From Candidatus Poribacteria bacterium (GTDB lineage: Bacteria > Poribacteria > WGA-4E > PCPOR2b): a DNA stretch of 64,000 nt. The stretch spans positions 3,104,001 through 3,168,000 of the forward strand of contig OZ242326.1 of assembly GCA_965208325.1 (NCBI GenBank), written 5' to 3'. Each line of letters begins with the position of its first letter. Position 1 is the first letter of the stretch. This document shows, in pieces, positions 59,101-64,000 of this stretch. Under the pieces are notes generated by a model. It was not told the origin of the DNA. It saw nothing but the letters and a program-made list of their open reading frames with translations, and made no database searches. Made by a program: the position numbers and the translations under genes.

Positions 59101-59364
59101 CTATTGCGATTGGAAATAATCCGCGTTGATTTGGGTGAAGTGTTCCCATTCTTCCGGAACATCTTCGTCCATGAAGATTGCTTCGACCGGACATTCTGGT
59201 TCACATACACCGCAATCAATACATTCTTCCGGATCGATAAAAAGCTGCTTGGCGTTTTCAAAGTCCTCTGACTGTGATGTAGGATGAATGCAGTCAACAG
59301 GGCATACGTCCACGCAGGCGGTGTCCTTGACATCAATGCACGGTTCGGTGATGACGTATGTCAT
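59101..59364 (-). CDS. fdxA: 7Fe ([3Fe-4S]+[4Fe-4S]) ferredoxin, copy 3
   Basis: [26 protein letters not shown]...CIDCGVCEPECP; AGGAGG RBS. Confidence 0.93.
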   Translation of the reverse strand: MTYVITEPCIDVKDTACVDVCPVDCIHPTSQSEDFENAKQLFIDPEECIDCGVCEPECPVEAIFMDEDVPEEWEHFTQINADYFQSQ

Positions 59365-59503
59365 AGATGATAAATCCTCCTTGTGAACTGGGTTAATTAT
59401 TTTTTTTCAGAACGTGAGCGTAATAGGGTAATCGTGCTTCTAACTCCACCTCTACTTTTGAGCGTAAATCTGTACCCGTCTGAAATTTTGTGAGCAGCTA
59501 TCG

Positions 59504-59761
59504 CTACTGGAAATAATCCGCGTTGATTTTGGTGAAGTGTTCCCATTCTTCCGGAACATCTTCGTCCATGAAGATAGCTTCGACTGGACATTCCGGCTCA
59601 CATACAGCGCAATCAATACACTCTTCGGGATCGATATAAAGCTGCTTAACGTTTTCGAAGTCCTCTTCCTGAGATGTAGGGTGAATGCAGTCAACAGGGC
59701 ATACGTCCACGCAGGCGGTGTCCTTGACATCAATGCACGGTTCGGTGATGACGTAAGTCAT
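59504..59761 (-). CDS. fdxA: 7Fe ferredoxin, copy 2
   Basis: Same pattern, CIDCAVC; AGGAGG RBS. Confidence 0.93.
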   Translation of the reverse strand: MTYVITEPCIDVKDTACVDVCPVDCIHPTSQEEDFENVKQLYIDPEECIDCAVCEPECPVEAIFMDEDVPEEWEHFTKINADYFQ

Positions 59762-59899
59762 AAATGATAATCCTCCTTGTTAACTGAATTGATGATTTTT
59801 CTTCAGACCGTGAGTGCGATAGGATAATTGTGCTTCTAACTCCACCTCTACTTTTGAGCGTAAATCTGTACCCATCTGAATTTTTGCGAGCAGCTATCA

Positions 59900-60163
59900 C
59901 TACTGGAAATAATCCGCGTTGATTTGGGTGAAGTGTGCCCATTTTTCCGGGACATCTTCGTCCATGAAGATTGCTTCGACGGGACATTCCGGTTCACACA
60001 CATTGCAATCAATACATTCTTCGGGATCGATATAAAGCTGCTTGACGTTTTCAAAGTCCTCTGCCTGAGATGTCGGGTGTGGGTAAATGCAGTCAACAGG
60101 GCATACGTCCACGCAAGCGGTGTCCTTGACATCAATGCACGGCTCAGTGATGACGTAAGTCAT
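59900..60163 (-). CDS. fdxA: 7Fe ferredoxin, copy 1
   Basis: Same pattern, CIDCNVC, 2-aa insertion (YPHP); AGGAGG RBS. Confidence 0.93.
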   Translation of the reverse strand: MTYVITEPCIDVKDTACVDVCPVDCIYPHPTSQAEDFENVKQLYIDPEECIDCNVCEPECPVEAIFMDEDVPEKWAHFTQINADYFQ

Positions 60164-60306
60164 AAATGATTATCCTCCTTGTTAACTGAATTGATGATTT
60201 TTCTTCAGACCGTTTGGGCGAAGAGATTATCGTCCTTCTGTATCTCCTCTTCATCTTCATCGCAAATCAGTAAGTTTGTTTTCTATCGATCTCACCAAAC
60301 AAAATA

Positions 60307-60335
60307 AGCATATCACATCAAATTGGCTTTGTCAA
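60307..60335 (-). promoter_or_regulatory. promoter of the ferredoxin array
   Basis: Minus strand TTGACA-N17-TATGCT with extended TG. Confidence 0.65.
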
Positions 60336-60591
60336 ATGGATTCACGCTGTTTCGATTCTGCACAAAACTTACTAACATGTTGGTTACGTTGAACATAGTC
60401 GTTTATTAATGCCTTGCCTTACACTATTGGAATCAAGCGCTTTCACGACAGAGACATGTAGGGTTGGTGGCTGTAAATTCAGTTCATATACGTTATCGGG
60501 TAGTTCTGGGTTTTTTGTATTTGGTTTCCCTCGGGAAAAAGATGGCCCCGACCACTTCGGACAATAACCTTCTTAACATTAACACTTAACA

Positions 60592-61371
60592 ATGACCCGT
60601 GAAGAAGCACTTCGCATTTTAGGATTAAAGCCGAATGCCACACTTAAACAGGCGAAACGCGCATGGCGTCGGATGGTAAAAATCACACATCCCGATAAAA
60701 ATTCGTCTCCCGATGCCGCCGAACGGTTTCAGATGGTAGAGACGGCGTACAAAATAATTGTTGAGACCGAACATCGTTCCCAATGGGAACGCGAACAACA
60801 AGTACAGCAGGAAAGCGAGCGGCAGCGTGAGACACAACAACACCATAGCGAACAACGCGCCAATGAGGAACAGGTACGGCAGGAAGGTGTACACGAAGAC
60901 GAGACACAAGACGGGGAGGTAGATGGTTGGATAAACGTTTGGACTGTTTGCGTGTTCGTCGGAGCCATCGCATACATGGTTATGCTCTTCATCGTACAAC
61001 AATATGACTCCATGGAAGCCATCGGCGACTTTATGGGTGATTACATGTATTGGGTGATACTGATCGGCGCATTCATACTGGCCCCCCTCGGTCGTGTTCC
61101 GTGGTTATGGAAAACATCAAAATACAATAGCTCTGGCTTTATCTTGAGGGTAGTAGACACAGTGTTCGGATTTTTTCGATCAGCGCTACCGATAGGTCTT
61201 ACATTTTTAATCTTCTCGTATTTTTCGGGATGTAGTATCGGGATTATCCTCTTTGACGGCTCTTCCAACGCGACTAGTATTGCCGGTGTTCTTATGCGAG
61301 TATTTTTTTTAATCTTCGCGGGTATAGTGATAGCCGGCTTATTCGTGGGTGATGAGAAAAATAGTGGGTGA
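60592..61371 (+). CDS. DnaJ (J-domain) membrane protein
   Basis: EALRILGL...HPDKN...AERFQ.V..AY; C-terminal TM helices. Confidence 0.88.
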   Translation: MTREEALRILGLKPNATLKQAKRAWRRMVKITHPDKNSSPDAAERFQMVETAYKIIVETEHRSQWEREQQVQQESERQRETQQHHSEQRANEEQVRQEGVHEDETQDGEVDGWINVWTVCVFVGAIAYMVMLFIVQQYDSMEAIGDFMGDYMYWVILIGAFILAPLGRVPWLWKTSKYNSSGFILRVVDTVFGFFRSALPIGLTFLIFSYFSGCSIGIILFDGSSNATSIAGVLMRVFFLIFAGIVIAGLFVGDEKNSG

Positions 61372-61470
61372 TGAGAAAAGATTGAGGCGAAGACTAAATG
61401 AATGTCCGTTCATGTCCCGACGGGGGATATTGAAGATGGACATAGTTAACGTGTACGGGGGAATATCTAT

Positions 61471-61815
61471 ATGAGAGTGAATGACATGGTTCGACAGATA
61501 GTTCGGGTGCCCGTACTCATTTTTAAAAAGCGTGGTTATTTAGCGCTTTTTCTAATCAATGTCGTACTGGTTGTCGCTATAATAGAAAACCGAGATGCGG
61601 GGTCATTAGGTCAAGCAATCTTGAATGGGTTTCTGAATGTGCTTGAGTCCTTTCTTGCCATAATAGTATTTGTGTTGGTTGTCGCATTTCTTTTAGTCGT
61701 GGGAATTGTCGGTAGAGCTGATAAAGGTGGTGACAAACCACAATCCGGCACGCTCAAAAGCGCCAAAGGTAGTGCATTGAAAAAAAAGGTAGGGTCAAGT
61801 ATAACTAGAAAATGA
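61471..61815 (+). CDS. small membrane hypothetical protein
   Basis: Two hydrophobic segments; GGGGG RBS. Confidence 0.5.
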   Translation: MRVNDMVRQIVRVPVLIFKKRGYLALFLINVVLVVAIIENRDAGSLGQAILNGFLNVLESFLAIIVFVLVVAFLLVVGIVGRADKGGDKPQSGTLKSAKGSALKKKVGSSITRK

Positions 61816-62047
61816 GCATTGCCTCCTCGCTGCCGAACAGCGCAGCCAGCATAAAAATAAAATTAATACCGTTCACGCCCAAAGAGTACAGAATACCGGG
61901 AGGCGAGAAATATAGCCCGGAGTCATATAATCAGCCGTTGCCGCGGAACCGGACTCGCTCGCCATCGCTGCCGCATTTAACACATCCGATTGTTCGTGGT
62001 AAACTATCGTGCATTGTTACCGAAAATTGACTTTTGTGGGACAGTCG

Positions 62048-63349
62048 TCAATTTCTCGATTCTCCCATCAAGCGTTCAATTTCATCAATCGTTTTCGGGA
62101 CTTTAGCAGTCAGAACTTCACATCCGGACGGGGTGACGAGGATATCATCCTCGATACGTACACCGATTCCTAAGTATTTCGGATTGACATTTTCGGTGTC
62201 GGCAGCGATATAGAACCCCGGTTCAACAGTAAATACCATCCCCGGTTGAAACGTCTTATGTGTGCCCCCTTCCCGCGTTTTCGTTAAATCGTGAACATCA
62301 AGCCCCAACATATGCCCAACCCCGTGCCTGCAAAACTGCTTATGTTTCTCTTCCGCAATCAACTCTTCTTTCTCGCCGGCTAACAAGCCAATCTTCAACA
62401 TACCCTCGGTCATCAATGCTACCGACTTCTTATTGGGTTCATCAAGTGGTACACCCGGACGGATGGCCTCAATGGCGGCGAGTTGACATTCAAGTACGAG
62501 CTGGTAAATCTCGCGCTGCACTGCGGTAAATCTGCCGTTTGCCGGGTACGTCCGCGTAATATCGCCGCTATAATATTTGTACTCACACCCGGCATCTATC
62601 AAAACCAAGTCGCCGTCCTGAATTTGGCGGTTATTCGCCGTATAGTGCAGCGTCGCCGCATTTGCGGCGCTTGCCACGATTGTAGGAAACCCGGGCTGAC
62701 TTCCTTCGCTCCTACGGAAGATCGAATCTATCATCGCCTGAATTTCATATTCGTACTGACCGGGATGTAGGGTTTTCATCGCCATGATATGCGCATCCGC
62801 CGTGATTTCCGTAGCCCGCCGAATGCGTTTGAGTTCTTCTCCACTTTTGATGAGGCGCATTTCGCCGAGAATCTCACCCGGATCAATTAAGGTATTAGGT
62901 CCTGTTCCTTGGAGTGCGCGACGGCGTCCGTACTGCTTGCAGAATTCGACTATCTTTCGATTAAAGACTTCATCGGATCCGAAACGGTAGTAAATTTGAT
63001 TCGCATCTTTAAGGTATTCGTGGATTTTTTGGTCAAATTCTGTGATTGGATAGGCTTCATCGGCACCAATGACGGTTTTCCCGCCCTCAACTCCCACACG
63101 CTTTCCTGTCCATGCTTCCTGTTCCGGATCATGAGGATTCACGAACAAAACAAATTGGTGTTCGGGGTGACCTGGTGCAAGGACGCAGATTGAACCCGGT
63201 TCCTCAAAACCCGTTAAATAGTAAAAATTACTGTCTTGGCGGTATTCATATTCGACATCATGGGTACGCAAAGCCGGCAATGCGCTCGGGAAAATTGCAA
63301 CCCCTCCCTTCATTTTACGCATGAATTCCTTGCGTATATTTTCATGCAT
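62048..63349 (-). CDS. pepP: Xaa-Pro aminopeptidase
   Basis: RQDSNFYYLTG, TLHY, LIDAGCE, DITRT, HGVGHMLGLDVHD, TVEPG, GVRIEDD. Confidence 0.95.
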   Translation of the reverse strand: MHENIRKEFMRKMKGGVAIFPSALPALRTHDVEYEYRQDSNFYYLTGFEEPGSICVLAPGHPEHQFVLFVNPHDPEQEAWTGKRVGVEGGKTVIGADEAYPITEFDQKIHEYLKDANQIYYRFGSDEVFNRKIVEFCKQYGRRRALQGTGPNTLIDPGEILGEMRLIKSGEELKRIRRATEITADAHIMAMKTLHPGQYEYEIQAMIDSIFRRSEGSQPGFPTIVASAANAATLHYTANNRQIQDGDLVLIDAGCEYKYYSGDITRTYPANGRFTAVQREIYQLVLECQLAAIEAIRPGVPLDEPNKKSVALMTEGMLKIGLLAGEKEELIAEEKHKQFCRHGVGHMLGLDVHDLTKTREGGTHKTFQPGMVFTVEPGFYIAADTENVNPKYLGIGVRIEDDILVTPSGCEVLTAKVPKTIDEIERLMGESRN

Positions 63350-63364
63350 TCGTTGTTTCTCCTT

Positions 63365-64000
63365 TTATTCCTCCTGCACCGCGCTAATCTCATCTTGAGA
63401 AATCTTGTGGACACTCTTTGGGTTAAATGTCTGTTGTGTTCCAAATCTCAGCGCAACTTCGATTCTTCCGCCGGTCAGCACGAAGAACTGAATCAGAAAC
63501 CCTCCACCCTCCATGGATTCGACCTGATACTGATGCGGTTCTAATCCTTCAACCCACGCCGGCAGCGCGTGTGCAAAATCAGCATGATTGATTGCCGCTT
63601 GGGGTAAAGCGATGATCAGTGTTCCCGGTTCGTCTCCGATTGCTTCAGTGATGACCGCCCGCGTCTTAACCATGAAAGGCACCACTTGGCTTGAATATTC
63701 AAACTCGTCATTGCTCGTGCGCTCTGGAGGAACAATGCCCCAAGTCAGGTGGTGGATGAACGGATTCCCGTAGCCTTGGCTCAACATGTGCTCTAGACCG
63801 GATTCATCGACCGGATGCACAACCGCAACGTAGTCAAACCAACCTCTGGATCGCGCTGCGCTATCGTGGCGCAATCTTGCAGACACATTGATATAGTCAT
63901 AACCGTCCACTGGCGACGGATAGCAGCGGGCGTCCCATCCCGAAATGTAACCGAGCTGTTTCAGAGGACCGGCGACCAGATGCGGCGGGTCGGTGAAAAT
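63365..64000 (-). CDS. hypothetical protein, 5' truncated by window edge
   Basis: The ORF-track frame 63365..63910 stays open to 64000 (IFTDPPHLVAGPLKQLGYISGWDARCYPSPVDGY...). Confidence 0.7.
   Translation of the reverse strand: MFTDPPHLVAGPLKQLGYISGWDARCYPSPVDGYDYINVSARLRHDSAARSRGWFDYVAVVHPVDESGLEHMLSQGYGNPFIHHLTWGIVPPERTSNDEFEYSSQVVPFMVKTRAVITEAIGDEPGTLIIALPQAAINHADFAHALPAWVEGLEPHQYQVESMEGGGFLIQFFVLTGGRIEVALRFGTQQTFNPKSVHKISQDEISAVQEE

Larger units (their letters stand above)
59078..60212. repeat. tandem triplication of a ~397-bp unit carrying a ferredoxin gene
   Basis: CCC(G/A)TCTGAA.TTTTG.GAGCA recurs at about 59078, 59475 and 59871; spacers are also homologous. Confidence 0.9.

Noticed and set aside
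58986..60135. Repeated alternative-frame ORFs (MMSRTP..., MSSRS...)
   Set aside because: Frame-shifted shadows of the triplicated ferredoxin unit.
59078..60212. Periodic repeats as a possible CRISPR array or DGR template/variable repeats
   Set aside because: Units are whole ~397-bp gene duplications without unique spacers; no cas or reverse transcriptase genes; differences are not adenine-specific.

Overview
Bacterial chromosomal window containing the replication origin. Its gene content (several PhyH dioxygenases, TPR and NHL proteins, GH127, a P450) resembles Candidatus Poribacteria-like genomes; this is an inference only. Layout: (1) 1-5.2 kb: a truncated beta/gamma-crystallin gene missing from the ORF track, then three PhyH dioxygenases interleaved with two paralogous unknown small proteins and a TIM-barrel epimerase. 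(2) 5.4-19.6 kb: peptidase, TPR protein, gyrA-gyrB-dciA-recF-dnaN-oriC-dnaA (minus strand) and divergent rpmH. The origin is bipartite, with DnaA boxes, DnaA-trios and an AT-rich DUE. (3) 19.6-32.5 kb: metabolic genes (AIR-synthase-like protein, ispH, a double-module GH127-like protein, MDR dehydrogenase, NHL protein, P450, penicillin acylase). (4) About 33-52.9 kb: an integrase-less accessory/defence island bounded by two same-orientation copies of a composite REP element. It holds an orphan terminase small/large subunit pair with NrdR-box-like operators, a Zorya type II-like zorA-zorB-HNH operon, DUF1643, a Type III-like res-mod pair, a SWIM protein and unknown genes. (5) 52.9-64 kb: DUF488, acyl-CoA ligase, a cold-shock-domain plus Hfq/Sm-like fusion protein, YkgJ, DUF971, a tandem triplication of a 7Fe ferredoxin, a DnaJ-domain protein and pepP. 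The best novelty candidates are the CSD-Hfq fusion, the REP-bounded terminase/defence island, the PhyH plus small-protein module and the diversified ferredoxin array. All family calls come from motif recognition by eye; no searches were run.
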